Assembly: GCA_041690035.1 (NCBI GenBank)
Contig: JBDNFC010000046.1
Location: 726-64,725 of the forward strand
DNA length: 64,000 nt
Direction: 5' to 3'
Source: Bacteroidia bacterium
GTDB taxonomy: Bacteria; Bacteroidota; Bacteroidia; NS11-12g; UBA955
Shown here: positions 1 through 9,873 of the stretch, in pieces
Numbering within the stretch: position 1 is the first letter of the stretch
Layout of the letters: the number at the start of each line of letters is the position of its first letter
The notes under the pieces: model-generated
What the model saw: the letters and a program-made list of their open reading frames with translations, nothing else
What the model was told of the DNA's origin: nothing
The model's database searches: none
Translations under genes and position numbers: made by a program

Positions 1-1
1 T

Positions 2-622
2 GAAATAGGTACGGTTTTTAAGCAAATAAATGGCAAATTTATTGAAGAGTATCATTTAAGTTTGGGTTTAGTAGGTAACGTTTATAAGGAGTCGTGGCAG
101 TTTACTGCTACAAAAGTAAATGCTTCTTTTTTATTTAATATTATTCAAGAACTAATGAATGCTTTTGGTATTAATGATGTAAAAAAAATTAAAAACTGCT
201 TGGTTTTACCTCCATCATTTGTGGAAAATAAAGTTTTAAAAAATTATGATATTAATAACCCTGTTGTGCTTGCAACGCTATCTATTAATAAGTTAATCCA
301 GTTGGCCACATCATCGCTTAGTTTGCAAGATATTGCCATATTTCCAAGCATGCGAAGAGAATTATCTTTGGTGGTGGATAAAAAAGTTAAGTTTAGCGAA
401 GTTGAAAAAATTACTCAAAAGGTAGCAGGCAGTTATTTAACATCTATAAACGTGGTGGACGTTTTTGAAGGTAAACCACTTTCAGCAGAAAAAAAATCGT
501 ATTCAGTTAGTTTTATTTGGCAAAATATAGATAGGACCTTAGAAGACAAAGAAATAGATCCAATAGCAAATAAATTAATTGAACAATTTGAAAAAGAATT
601 GGGCGCCATAATAAGACGATAA
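2..622 (+). CDS. pheT: Phenylalanine--tRNA ligase beta subunit, C-terminal part (gene starts before the window)
   Basis: Frame open from position 2 (EIGTVFK...). FDX-ACB anticodon-binding domain: FPSMRRELSLVVD...VDVFEGKPL...KKSYSVSF...RTLEDKEID...LGAIIR. Sits upstream of zapA/rny. Confidence 0.93.
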   Translation, partial: EIGTVFKQINGKFIEEYHLSLGLVGNVYKESWQFTATKVNASFLFNIIQELMNAFGINDVKKIKNCLVLPPSFVENKVLKNYDINNPVVLATLSINKLIQLATSSLSLQDIAIFPSMRRELSLVVDKKVKFSEVEKITQKVAGSYLTSINVVDVFEGKPLSAEKKSYSVSFIWQNIDRTLEDKEIDPIANKLIEQFEKELGAIIRR

Positions 623-626
623 ATAA

Positions 627-938
627 ATGAATTATGCTATCGGAAATAAAGAAGTAATTGATCGATTAGATCTTGTTTACAAACAAATGGTAAATTTGAT
701 AAATGAGAATAAGGCATTAGTGGCAGAGGCGGCAAAGCTTAGAAACGAGAACACATTGTTCAAAAAAGTAAATAATATTCAAAAAAATAGTATAGAAAAT
801 CTTGAAGAGAAAGAAAAAATGAGTAATATTGCAATGATAATTTCTCAATTTGATTTTTCTGAAAAGCAAGCATTAAAAAAAGCTATTCAAGAACAGATAA
901 AAGAAATTAATCAGTGTTTAAAACTATTAAAGGTTTAG
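627..938 (+). CDS. Coiled-coil protein, ZapB-like (conserved gene between pheT and zapA)
   Basis: 103-aa heptad-rich helix with C-terminal IKEINQCLKLL; conserved position in Bacteroidota. Confidence 0.65.
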   Translation: MNYAIGNKEVIDRLDLVYKQMVNLINENKALVAEAAKLRNENTLFKKVNNIQKNSIENLEEKEKMSNIAMIISQFDFSEKQALKKAIQEQIKEINQCLKLLKV

Positions 939-969
939 ACAGAAAAAAATAAGAAATGAAATAATAATT

Positions 970-1266
970 TTGCAAAATCAGCAAGAAATAGCAGTAAAAG
1001 TAACCATTGCAGAAAGGCAATACCCGCTAAGGGTAAAGCAGTTTGAAGAGGAGTATTTGCGAAAAGCTGCAAAGTTGATAAATGAAAAAATGTTGGGTTA
1101 TAGCAACAGTTTTTCGTTTAAAGATAGGCAAGATTTATTGGCCATGGTGTGTTTAGAGTTTGCAACAGATGCCCTAACTGCAAATAAAACCCTGCATACC
1201 ATAGATAGTAATCTGTTAGACAAAATAGTTGAAATAGAAACTATTTTGAAAACAAAAGATAAATAA
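970..1266 (+). CDS. zapA: Cell division protein ZapA
   Basis: VTIAERQYPLRV...EEEYLRKAAKLIN...DRQDLLAM; TTG start. Confidence 0.92.
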   Translation: MQNQQEIAVKVTIAERQYPLRVKQFEEEYLRKAAKLINEKMLGYSNSFSFKDRQDLLAMVCLEFATDALTANKTLHTIDSNLLDKIVEIETILKTKDK

Positions 1267-1347
1267 TGCTAGTCATTCTTTCTAATTAAATTCTGTTTTA
1301 TTGTCCTACATTAGTTTTTTTTTATAAAATAAAAAAAGAAGAAAAAA

Positions 1348-2889
1348 ATGGAAATCGTATTAACAATTATTGGCCTTTTATTAGGCGGAGCAGGGGGTTT
1401 TTTTATTGCAAATAGCATGAATACTAAAAAAACAGACTCCAAAAGCAAGCAAATTATTAGAGAAGCTAAGCAAGAAGCAGAGGCCATTAAAAAAGACAAA
1501 ATTTTAGAAGCAAAAGAGCAATACATTGCATTAAAATCAGATTTTGAAAAAGAGAAAAGTAAACAAAATCAAGAATTGTCTGTGGCAGAAAATAGGATAA
1601 AACAAAAAGAACAAAGTTTTACTGATAAACTAAATAGTTTGCAACAAAAAGAAAAAGATTTGGAGCGCAAATCAGGGCAAATGCAGCAACAGGTGGAAGT
1701 AGCACAATTAAAACAATCTGAATTAGATAAAACCATTGCACAGCAGTTATTGGCATTAGAAAAAGTGGCTGGTTTGAGTCGTGATGCAGCTAAAGAGCAA
1801 ATGCTTATAGCAGTGAAAGCAGAGGCTCAAACAGATGCAATAAGTGTTGCAAAAATAATTATTGAAGAGGCTAAATTAAATGCTACAAAAGAGGCTAAGC
1901 GGATGATATTGCAAACCATACAGCGGACAGCAGCAGAGCAAGCCATTGAAAATTCTGTAACCGTATTTAACATAGATAATGATGAAATTAAAGGACGCAT
2001 AATAGGAAGGGAAGGCAGAAATATTAGGGCCTTGGAGGCTGCCACAGGTATAGAAATTATTGTAGACGATACACCAGAAGCGATAATTTTATCTGGTTTT
2101 GACCCTGTAAGACGAGAGATAGCCCGGTTATCATTGCATAGATTAGTTGCAGATGGCAGAATACACCCAGCAAGGATTGAAGAAGTAGTAGAAAAAACAC
2201 GCAAGGATATAGAAGAGGAGATTATAGAAATAGGTCAAAGAACAGTGATAGATTTAGGGGTAACAGGCTTACACCCAGAGCTTATAAGAATGGTAGGCAG
2301 AATGCGTTACCGCTCCTCTTATGGGCAAAATTTACTGCGCCATAGCAGGGAAGTAGCTAATCTATGCGCTACCATGGCGGCAGAATTTGGTTTAAATGCT
2401 AAACTGGCAAGACGAGCAGGATTGCTGCATGATATTGGTAAAGTATCAGACGAGGATGCAGAAACACCACATGCATTATTAGGCATGAAATGGGCAGAAA
2501 AATATGGTGAACATCCAGAAGTTTGCAATGCTATTGGAGCCCATCATGACGAAATAGAGATGACCGGATTGTTATCTCCAATTATACAAGCTTGTGATGC
2601 TATTAGCGGCTCAAGGCCAGGAGCAAGAAGAGAGGACAGTGAAAAGTATATAAAAAGATTAAAGGATTTAGAGAATTTAGCACTAAGCTTTGCCGGAGTT
2701 GAAAAAGCATTTGCAATACAAGCAGGCAGAGAATTGAGGGTGATTGTAGACAGCGATGCAGTAGATGATAAAACAGCAGATGAAATCTCTTTCAAAATAA
2801 CAGATAAAATTATGAAAGAGCTCATTTACCCTGGTCAAATTAAGGTAACACTTATAAGGGAACGTAGGGCAGTAAATTATGCAAAATAG
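1348..2889 (+). CDS. rny: Ribonuclease Y
   Basis: N-terminal TM helix, coiled coil, KH domain ([13 protein letters not shown]), HD domain (LLHDIGK). Confidence 0.98.
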   Translation: MEIVLTIIGLLLGGAGGFFIANSMNTKKTDSKSKQIIREAKQEAEAIKKDKILEAKEQYIALKSDFEKEKSKQNQELSVAENRIKQKEQSFTDKLNSLQQKEKDLERKSGQMQQQVEVAQLKQSELDKTIAQQLLALEKVAGLSRDAAKEQMLIAVKAEAQTDAISVAKIIIEEAKLNATKEAKRMILQTIQRTAAEQAIENSVTVFNIDNDEIKGRIIGREGRNIRALEAATGIEIIVDDTPEAIILSGFDPVRREIARLSLHRLVADGRIHPARIEEVVEKTRKDIEEEIIEIGQRTVIDLGVTGLHPELIRMVGRMRYRSSYGQNLLRHSREVANLCATMAAEFGLNAKLARRAGLLHDIGKVSDEDAETPHALLGMKWAEKYGEHPEVCNAIGAHHDEIEMTGLLSPIIQACDAISGSRPGARREDSEKYIKRLKDLENLALSFAGVEKAFAIQAGRELRVIVDSDAVDDKTADEISFKITDKIMKELIYPGQIKVTLIRERRAVNYAK

Positions 2890-2968
2890 CCATTATTGTC
2901 TTTAATATAGTCTGTTTTTAAAAATTTAATTTTAAATTATCTATTCTATTTATCGGGTTTTAATTACT

Positions 2969-2984
2969 TTGGCAAAGTATTTGT
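2969..2984 (+). promoter_or_regulatory. Putative sigma54-type -24/-12 element upstream of the DUF4783 gene
   Basis: TTGGCAAAGTATTTGT (GG-N10-GT), 26 nt before the ATG at 3011. Confidence 0.45.
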
Positions 2985-3010
2985 TATGTTAAAGTTAAAT
3001 AGTAAATATA

Positions 3011-3394
3011 ATGAAAAAGTTTTTTACAGTTTCTTTGGTAATGTTAGTAGGTCTTGCTTTTGCAAGTCCATTAAATGATATCATGGTGGATGTGGTTAAT
3101 GGATTTAGAAAAAAAGATGCAAGTACTTTATCTGTTCATTTTAATAGAACCTTAGAAATAGATTTACCAGGAAGTAAAGGAATGTTTAGTGCAGATCAGG
3201 CAAAAGTAATTGTTCAACAATATTTTGACAAAAATAATCCTGCCAATGCCACACTTTCACATTCTGGTAAATCAGATAATGGCAACAGGTTTGCCATAAT
3301 TGATTATGGGAGCAGTGCAGGAAACAAAAAGGCTAAAATTTATTTAACAACAATAAGTGGAGTGGAAAAAATCCAAGAAATTAAAATAGACTAA
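3011..3394 (+). CDS. DUF4783-family exported protein
   Basis: Signal peptide; DASTLSVHF...SADQAKVIVQQYFDKNNP...HSGKS; typical position upstream of nadC. Confidence 0.75.
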   Translation: MKKFFTVSLVMLVGLAFASPLNDIMVDVVNGFRKKDASTLSVHFNRTLEIDLPGSKGMFSADQAKVIVQQYFDKNNPANATLSHSGKSDNGNRFAIIDYGSSAGNKKAKIYLTTISGVEKIQEIKID

Positions 3395-3425
3395 ACCAAT
3401 CGCTTTTCCTAAAATGTTAATACTG

Positions 3426-3459
3426 AAAAAATCCTGGTTTAATTAACTAGGATTTTTTT
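3426..3459 (+). terminator. Intrinsic terminator (possibly bidirectional)
   Basis: A6-TCCTGGTT-loop-AACTAGGA-T7. Confidence 0.8.
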
Positions 3460-3540
3460 ATGAGCGAAATTTTGGGCAGATTGAAAATTGTGCTATAGGT
3501 ATATATTGCTTTTATCTTATTTTTGCAGCATCCTAAAATA

Positions 3541-4395
3541 ATGATAAAAGAAAATAAAAAAATAATAAGAAATTTTATAAATCAATCTCTGATAGAAGAT
3601 GTAGGCGATGGCGATCACAGTGCACTTTCTTGTATTCCAAAAGAAGCTACTGGAAAAGCAAAACTAATTTTTAAAAGTGATGGAATTGCAGCTGGTATTA
3701 GTCTTGCTGAATCTATTTTATTGCAGCTTGATAAAAACATGAAAATTGCCTTTAACATTAAAGATGGTGAAATTTTTGAACACGGAATGGTCGGATTTGT
3801 TGCAGAAGGAAATATTCATGCTTTGCTAAAAGGTGAGCGTCTTTTATTAAATTGTATTCAAAGAATGAGCGCTATTGCAACATTAACTGCAGCTTATGTA
3901 GTGGAAGTAAATCATACTAAATGTAAAATTTTAGATACCCGAAAAACCACCCCTAATTTTAGGTTTTTAGAAAAATGGGCAGTTAGGTTAGGGGGAGGTT
4001 TTAATCATCGGTTTGGGCTTTATGATATGATTATGCTCAAGGATAATCATGTGGATTTTTGTGGTGGAATTAGACCTGCTTTAGAAAAAGCTAAACTTTA
4101 TAATAGCCAAAGAGCGAGCAAATTATTTATTGAAATTGAAACAAGAAATTTAAAAGAGGTAGAAGAAGCAATAAACTGCAAAATAGCAGATAGAATTATG
4201 TTAGATAATTTTGTGCCTAAAGATATTATAACTGCATTAAAAATAATTGATGGTGCAGCACAAACAGAAGCAAGTGGTGGAATAAACCTATCTACAATTG
4301 CAAGTTATGCAGAAGCAGGAGTTGATTTTATAAGCGTGGGTGCTTTAACACATGGAGTAAAATCTTTGGATATAAGTTTTAAAACTTTGCTGTAA
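3541..4395 (+). CDS. nadC: Nicotinate-nucleotide diphosphorylase (carboxylating)
   Basis: EDVGDGDHS, DTRKTTP, NHRFGLYD, IMLDNF, EASGGI, SVGALTH. TATTTTTG promoter at 3518-3525 favours the ATG at 3541. Confidence 0.97.
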   Translation: MIKENKKIIRNFINQSLIEDVGDGDHSALSCIPKEATGKAKLIFKSDGIAAGISLAESILLQLDKNMKIAFNIKDGEIFEHGMVGFVAEGNIHALLKGERLLLNCIQRMSAIATLTAAYVVEVNHTKCKILDTRKTTPNFRFLEKWAVRLGGGFNHRFGLYDMIMLKDNHVDFCGGIRPALEKAKLYNSQRASKLFIEIETRNLKEVEEAINCKIADRIMLDNFVPKDIITALKIIDGAAQTEASGGINLSTIASYAEAGVDFISVGALTHGVKSLDISFKTLL

Positions 4396-4613
4396 GTAAG
4401 AAAATTTTCTGTTCGAAAAGAATGCAATGTTACATTGCTGAACAGTTAAATTTAAACTCGTTTTTTTTAATAATTATATAGCAAAATTAACTGTATTCTT
4501 CTTTTTTAGAGGGATTAACGTCCGCTTGTTAATTATTTTAGCACGCTGGTAAGAAATACTTGTTTGATATTAAAAATGTAACTACTTTTGTTAAACTTAA
4601 ATTAAAGCTTAAA

Positions 4614-5297
4614 ATGAAGAAAATATTTACAACTCTGCTTATCACTGTGCTAACAATCAACATCTCAAATGCACAATATTTTAGCAAAGATTCAGTTTTT
4701 AGAAATGATTTTATTACAAAAATTGGAGCACAAGATTTTGAAGTGCATGTAGAAATGGTAAATCCAAGTAAATATAAAAATTATACATGGGAAAGGCAAA
4801 TACGGGTATTGCCAAGCAACTGGAGAAATGCCATCTGCGACCCATTTTTGTGTAGAGGTGAAAACGATAACAGTGGAAAATTTTTTACTGACAGCGGAAA
4901 AAAGGAAAGCTTTATAGCTCATTTTAGAATGGATGATAATACGGGAGGATACGGCTCAGTAAAGGTTATTTTAACAAATGATACTACATACATATCTGAT
5001 ACAGTTGTCCTCAGTTTAAATATTTGGAATGCTAGATTAAATGCAGAAATACAATCAATAAATGATGTTTTTAATATTTTCCCGAACCCTTCTATTACTG
5101 GAAAATATACAATAGATGCTCCAGGAGCTCAATTGATTACGGTTTACAATATTAATGGTCAAGAGGTGCTTAATCAATCAACAACAAATGAAAATGAAAT
5201 GTTAGATTTAGACATTTCTAACTTGCCAAATGGACTTTACCTTGTTAAGGTTAAGAAAGAAAATAAGGTAATTGAGAAAAAAGTAATAAAAGGTTAA
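4614..5297 (+). CDS. T9SS type A sorting domain-containing secreted protein
   Basis: Signal peptide MKKIFTTLL...NAQ; C-terminal IFPNPS...VYNINGQ...LDISNLPNGLYLVKV...KKVIK; TACTTTTG promoter at 4583-4590. Confidence 0.85.
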   Translation: MKKIFTTLLITVLTINISNAQYFSKDSVFRNDFITKIGAQDFEVHVEMVNPSKYKNYTWERQIRVLPSNWRNAICDPFLCRGENDNSGKFFTDSGKKESFIAHFRMDDNTGGYGSVKVILTNDTTYISDTVVLSLNIWNARLNAEIQSINDVFNIFPNPSITGKYTIDAPGAQLITVYNINGQEVLNQSTTNENEMLDLDISNLPNGLYLVKVKKENKVIEKKVIKG

Positions 5298-6133
5298 TGC
5301 CTTGCCTTTTTGTATAAATCAATTATTTTGGTAGCATACAAATTTGTTAATACACCGATAAGAATAACGGCCAACCCAACTGTTTCCAAATAGTTGGGTT
5401 TTTCTTTAAATAATAGTGCTCCAAAAATTAAAGCATATCCTAAACCGAGGTAACTTATAGAAGAAATTCTGGCTGCGCTGCCTTTTTGGTATGCAATAGT
5501 CATTGTAAACTGTGCTATTTGAGTACAACAACCCATTAATAATAGCCAGAAAATATCTACAATGTTTGGGATAATAAATTGAGGGTTTATAATTAGCAAA
5601 ATGCTTGCAACAGGTAAAGTAACTAATGGAAAGTAAAACACTATTAGATTAGCCGATTCAGAGGTTTTTAATTTTCGTATTACATTGTAAGCACAGCCAG
5701 AAAAAAATGCACTAAGTATACCAAGCATAAAATATATTGGTTCTATTTTTCCAAAATTTTTGATCATAAGCAATCCAGATAAGCAAATGCAAAACGCAAA
5801 CCACTGAAGTTTTAATATTTTTTCTTTTAGCACAATACTTGCTATGAGTACAGTAAAAATCGGGCTGGTATATTGTAAAATGACAGCATTAGCTAAATTA
5901 AGTTTTTGAACCGTAACAAAGTAAAAAAGTAGTCCTAAAAACCCGAAAATGCCACGTAGAACGAGTAATTTTGTGTTATTTCCTTTTATTTTTACATTGT
6001 TTTTGTAAATAAAATATCCGCTAATAATTAGTGTTATAATAGCTCTGTAAAAAACAAGTTCTATTGCTGAAAAGTGTTTAAGATATTTTATAGCAACATT
6101 CATTATAGCAAATGCACTAACCGCAATAACCAT
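5294..6133 (-). CDS. DMT/EamA family transporter
   Basis: About 10 TM helices, two EamA repeats (LVLRGIFG, YTSPIF...LKEK, FKEKP). Confidence 0.9.
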   Translation of the reverse strand: MVIAVSAFAIMNVAIKYLKHFSAIELVFYRAIITLIISGYFIYKNNVKIKGNNTKLLVLRGIFGFLGLLFYFVTVQKLNLANAVILQYTSPIFTVLIASIVLKEKILKLQWFAFCICLSGLLMIKNFGKIEPIYFMLGILSAFFSGCAYNVIRKLKTSESANLIVFYFPLVTLPVASILLIINPQFIIPNIVDIFWLLLMGCCTQIAQFTMTIAYQKGSAARISSISYLGLGYALIFGALLFKEKPNYLETVGLAVILIGVLTNLYATKIIDLYKKARH

Positions 6134-6186
6134 ATATTGAACCCCTGATAATTTTTCTAGTTTGAAAATGACTTTTTTGAGTTTAT

Positions 6187-6552
6187 TTATTCAAATTGGG
6201 TAATTTCTGCATCACCCCAAAGTTCCTCAAGGGCATAAAATTCTCTCTTTTCTTCCATAAATACATGCACTACCACGTTAATATAATCTAGTAATATCCA
6301 TTCACTATTTGATTGCCCTTCTGTATGCCAAGGCCATTCTTTTAGTGCTTTATGAACTTCAATTTCTACACTCTCTGATATTGCCTCTACCTGACGCTGA
6401 TTAGAGCCATGGCATATAACAAAAAAATCTGCCACTGATGCATTGATTTTTTCTAGGTTTAATACAGAAATAGAAAGCGCCTTTTTTTCTTGCATTCCTT
6501 TTACAATATTTTGTAGAAGTAAATCCGTGGGGTTAATCTGTTTTTTTGCCAT
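6187..6552 (-). CDS. rsfS: Ribosome silencing factor RsfS (Iojap)
   Basis: DFFVICHGSNQRQV, EWILLDYINVVVHVF, FYALEELWGDA; TATCTTTG promoter on minus strand at 6566-6573. Confidence 0.96.
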   Translation of the reverse strand: MAKKQINPTDLLLQNIVKGMQEKKALSISVLNLEKINASVADFFVICHGSNQRQVEAISESVEIEVHKALKEWPWHTEGQSNSEWILLDYINVVVHVFMEEKREFYALEELWGDAEITQFE

Positions 6553-6756
6553 TATATAATTGGGGCAAAGATAAGCAATCAAAGCTTAAACCCAAAGTTT
6601 TAAAAGTGAAAAGGAATTGCAATCTAAGCTGCATTGATGCATAAAACCATAAATAAATTTATTATGTGCATAGACATCTTTATAATTAGCTATTTTTGCA
6701 CATTATAATTAGCCAACTGCTTATTTAGCAATTAAAATTAATAAACAATTAATGAA

Positions 6757-7800
6757 ATGAATTTATCTTTTATTCCAGGAAAATTAGCACATTTAATCAT
6801 TCATAGGGTGGGCAATAAATCTGCAGATGAACAATTTTTTCTTTCAAAAAAGCCTGTAAATCTTGATGCAGATCTGTCATCACTTATGAGTGCATATCTT
6901 CAATCTAATTTTAAATCAGAAGAAACATATCAGTTTTACCATGATATGGGTTTGGCATTAAACGAGGTTTATACAGCTGTTTCATCCATTTTTGCACAGC
7001 CTGAAACCTGTTTTGAATATTCACAACATCTAGCACAACACCTTTATAATCAAAGCAATCATCCAAAAATTAAAGGAGGGGAATTTATGACAGTTTATTT
7101 TGAAAATTGTGTAATAAATGGAATGCAAACAGACGCTATAGGCCTATTTAAGTCAGAAAATAAAGAAACTTTTCTAGAATTGATCCAACAGCAAGATGGG
7201 TTTAATATTAACAGCAGGGAAGGAATAAATATGAATAAAATAGACAAAGGATGTCTCATTTTTAACCAAGATAGCGACAAAGGTTTTTTGCTATCTATAA
7301 TAGATAATACCAACAAAAATAATGAGGCACATTATTGGAAAGATGATTTTCTTAGTGTATTGACGTGTAATAATAATTATCAGCAAACAAATCATTTTTT
7401 AGGAATGGCAAAAAATTATATAACGCAACAATTAGATAAAGATTTTGAAGTTTCAAAAGCCGATCAAATAGATTATTTGAATCGCTCTATTGAATATTTT
7501 AAAAAGCATGATAGTTTTGTAAAAGATATTTTTGAGGCAGAGGTATTGGAAAGTGAAACATTAATATCCTCTTTTAATCAATACAATAATCAGTATAAAA
7601 AAGAGAATGATATTGAAATAGAAACACAATTTGACATTTCTAATCAAGCATTAAAAAAACAAACCAAGGCTTTTAAAAGTGTGCTAAAATTGGATAAAAA
7701 TTTTCATATTTATATTCATGGCGACAGAAAATTAATATCGCAAGGAGAGGATGAGAATGGGCAAAAGTTTTATAAAATCTATTACAAAGAAGAGCATTAG
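6757..7800 (+). CDS. Nucleoid-associated protein (NA37/YejK-like, Bacteroidota type)
   Basis: IIHRVGNK, HPKIKGGE, GLFKSENKETF, KIDKGCLIFN, YWKDDFL, KSVLKLDKNFHIYIHG. Confidence 0.85.
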   Translation: MNLSFIPGKLAHLIIHRVGNKSADEQFFLSKKPVNLDADLSSLMSAYLQSNFKSEETYQFYHDMGLALNEVYTAVSSIFAQPETCFEYSQHLAQHLYNQSNHPKIKGGEFMTVYFENCVINGMQTDAIGLFKSENKETFLELIQQQDGFNINSREGINMNKIDKGCLIFNQDSDKGFLLSIIDNTNKNNEAHYWKDDFLSVLTCNNNYQQTNHFLGMAKNYITQQLDKDFEVSKADQIDYLNRSIEYFKKHDSFVKDIFEAEVLESETLISSFNQYNNQYKKENDIEIETQFDISNQALKKQTKAFKSVLKLDKNFHIYIHGDRKLISQGEDENGQKFYKIYYKEEH

Positions 7801-7806
7801 CAAAAA

Positions 7807-8631
7807 TCACTTTTCATAAAATGCAACTAAATTATCTATTGGAGATTGAATTACTTGCACAAACTTTAAATCGTTTTCTAAGCACAATTCTTTAATGATT
7901 GATTGAGCAAAAAAAGCAATAGATCCTACAAACCCGATATTTTTCTCCTGCTTTGTATAGGCGTAAACTTGATTAGTAAAAAAGTTTTGTAAACTACTTT
8001 TAATGATGTTATAAAAAACCGGATTATCAATATTTGCAAATGCCACTTTAGCATAGGCAGCAATATAGGTGTTTGGTTTAGCAGTATTATATATTTCTGA
8101 TACAATAATTTTAGGGTCGGTTGTGAGTCCATGGACAGCCAATAAAGTTTGCCAAGGTTGCTGCTGTTGCACATATTTTTTAAGCACAATTTTTCCAATA
8201 TCTACTCCACCACCATCATCGCCTAAAATATGCCCTAAAGAAGGAAAATGTTGAATAATTTTACCATCATTATACTCACAAATATTGCTTCCCGTACCTA
8301 GTATGCAGGCAATGCCATTTTTAGAACCAAATAGGGCTATGGCTGCTGCATCCATATCATGAAAAATTGTTATTTCGGCTGTTTTAAAAATTTGTTTTAA
8401 GCAATTTTTCATTTTAGTCTTAGCACTTTCGTTGCTGCAGCCTGCGCCAAAAAAATGAATTTTAGAAATAGCATTGGCTAAAACTAATAATTCTGGCACA
8501 AGTAGCCCATCGCTCATATTTTCAGAACTTTGAATCATAGGGTTAAAACCTATTGTTGTTAAACTAAAATCGCCTTTTCCTGCAATTTTCCATGAAGTTT
8601 TTGTGCTTCCACTATCTGCTATTAAATGCAT
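7807..8631 (-). CDS. BadF/BadG/BcrA/BcrD ATPase family, N-acetylglucosamine kinase-like
   Basis: LIADSGSTKTSW, FFGAGCS, CILGTGSN, LGHILGDDGGG, FVGSIAF. Confidence 0.88.
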   Translation of the reverse strand: MHLIADSGSTKTSWKIAGKGDFSLTTIGFNPMIQSSENMSDGLLVPELLVLANAISKIHFFGAGCSNESAKTKMKNCLKQIFKTAEITIFHDMDAAAIALFGSKNGIACILGTGSNICEYNDGKIIQHFPSLGHILGDDGGGVDIGKIVLKKYVQQQQPWQTLLAVHGLTTDPKIIVSEIYNTAKPNTYIAAYAKVAFANIDNPVFYNIIKSSLQNFFTNQVYAYTKQEKNIGFVGSIAFFAQSIIKELCLENDLKFVQVIQSPIDNLVAFYEK

Positions 8632-8661
8632 TGCTTTCTATTCTTTTTTTTAGTTTTACCT

Positions 8662-9081
8662 TTAGTTGCAATTAAATTTTATATGTAGTTTCTCCATACT
8701 TAATTTGTTATATAGCATTGATTTTGAATATGTATTGTTGAATAAGTGGCTTTTGAAATGTGTTTTTTTCTGATTTGTTAAAATTTTTTCTCTAGTGATT
8801 TCACATGATTTATGTTTTAATCTTAAAATGTTAAAAATTATTTTACTCAATATAATAATGATGCTTATAAATAAAAATGGCAATCCAAATAGTGGAAATA
8901 TTGCTAAAAACTGTCTTGCCATAAATATCAAAAAAAGAGAACAACTTGATAATAGTATTCCAAAAGCAAAGATAAACCAATCTGTTTTTTTTAGCATTAT
9001 AAGTCCATTTGGCTCACCTATCCATAAAATGCCCCCAAAAGAATTAAGGTTTTTAAAGAAATCAAATATTAGGTCGCACAT
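8662..9081 (-). CDS. Small membrane protein, bacterial PH-domain-like, possibly truncated
   Basis: ILWIGEP followed by two TM helices and 'CEITREKIL'; own TAAATTTG promoter at 9098-9105 on minus strand. Confidence 0.5.
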   Translation of the reverse strand: MCDLIFDFFKNLNSFGGILWIGEPNGLIMLKKTDWFIFAFGILLSSCSLFLIFMARQFLAIFPLFGLPFLFISIIIILSKIIFNILRLKHKSCEITREKILTNQKKTHFKSHLFNNTYSKSMLYNKLSMEKLHIKFNCN

Positions 9082-9095
9082 AGTTTTTTTGATTA

Positions 9096-9142
9096 TGCAA
9101 ATTTAGTAAAAATTTACTAAAAGTTTTTTTACTAAATTTGCA
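9096..9142. promoter_or_regulatory. Back-to-back TAAATTTG promoters forming a 17-bp perfect inverted repeat
   Basis: TGCAAATTTAGTAAAAA (9096-9112) and TTTTTACTAAATTTGCA (9126-9142) between divergent genes. Confidence 0.7.
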
Positions 9143-9178
9143 CCGCCACAAAAGAGGCTTAATTTTTAGCTTACAAGC

Positions 9179-9814
9179 ATGTTCAAAGATATTCAATTAC
9201 AACAATATAAGGGAGTTTTAATAGACTTAGACAATACATTGTATCATTATGAGCCTTGTCATCAAGCTGCAAAGCATGCATTATTAGCATTATTTTGTGA
9301 TAAATATGGTTTAGACATAGAAACAGCTGAAGGGATTTATGGCATGGCAAGAGAAAAAGTACATAAACGATTGCATGGACAAGCTGCTTGCCACAGCAGA
9401 TTGCTTTATTCCAACGAAATGATTAATGCTGTTTTCAAAAAAATAGACGCTAGTTTTACGCTTAAAATGGAGGAAGTGTATTGGAGTGCTTTCTTAAACA
9501 AGATAGAATTAGCTCCTGAGGCTGAACACTTTTTAGAAAAATGTAGGATAAATGGCATACCCATTGCCATTATAACAGACCTGACATTGCAGATTCAACT
9601 AAGAAAATTTGATATACTTAAATTATCACAATGGATAAAATATATGATTAGTAGTGAGGAGGCTGGTGCAGAAAAGCCGTCACCCATTCCTTTTCAATTG
9701 GCATTAGAAAAGTTACAATTGTTGCACAATGAGGTCATTATGATAGGCGATAATGAGAAGGTAGATAAAATAGGTGCAGAAATGTTGGGTATAGATTGGT
9801 GTCATCCATTTTAA
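9179..9814 (+). CDS. HAD-IA family hydrolase
   Basis: DLDNTLY motif I, IITD, EKPSP..F, IMIGDN...D. Confidence 0.9.
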   Translation: MFKDIQLQQYKGVLIDLDNTLYHYEPCHQAAKHALLALFCDKYGLDIETAEGIYGMAREKVHKRLHGQAACHSRLLYSNEMINAVFKKIDASFTLKMEEVYWSAFLNKIELAPEAEHFLEKCRINGIPIAIITDLTLQIQLRKFDILKLSQWIKYMISSEEAGAEKPSPIPFQLALEKLQLLHNEVIMIGDNEKVDKIGAEMLGIDWCHPF

Positions 9815-9873
9815 AAATCAATTTTATACTTTTACCAAAAAATAAGTTTTAATCGCCTTATATTTGCCGATAA

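Noticed and set aside
6680-6714. TTATAATTAGC direct repeat flanking the -7 element of the nucleoid-associated protein gene
   Set aside because: Only 11 bp, very AT-rich, two copies; cannot be distinguished from chance.
8795-9106. Plus-strand 103-aa ORF opposite the 8662-9081 gene
   Set aside because: The minus-strand ORF has TM helices, a family-like motif and a correctly placed promoter; the plus ORF is its shadow.
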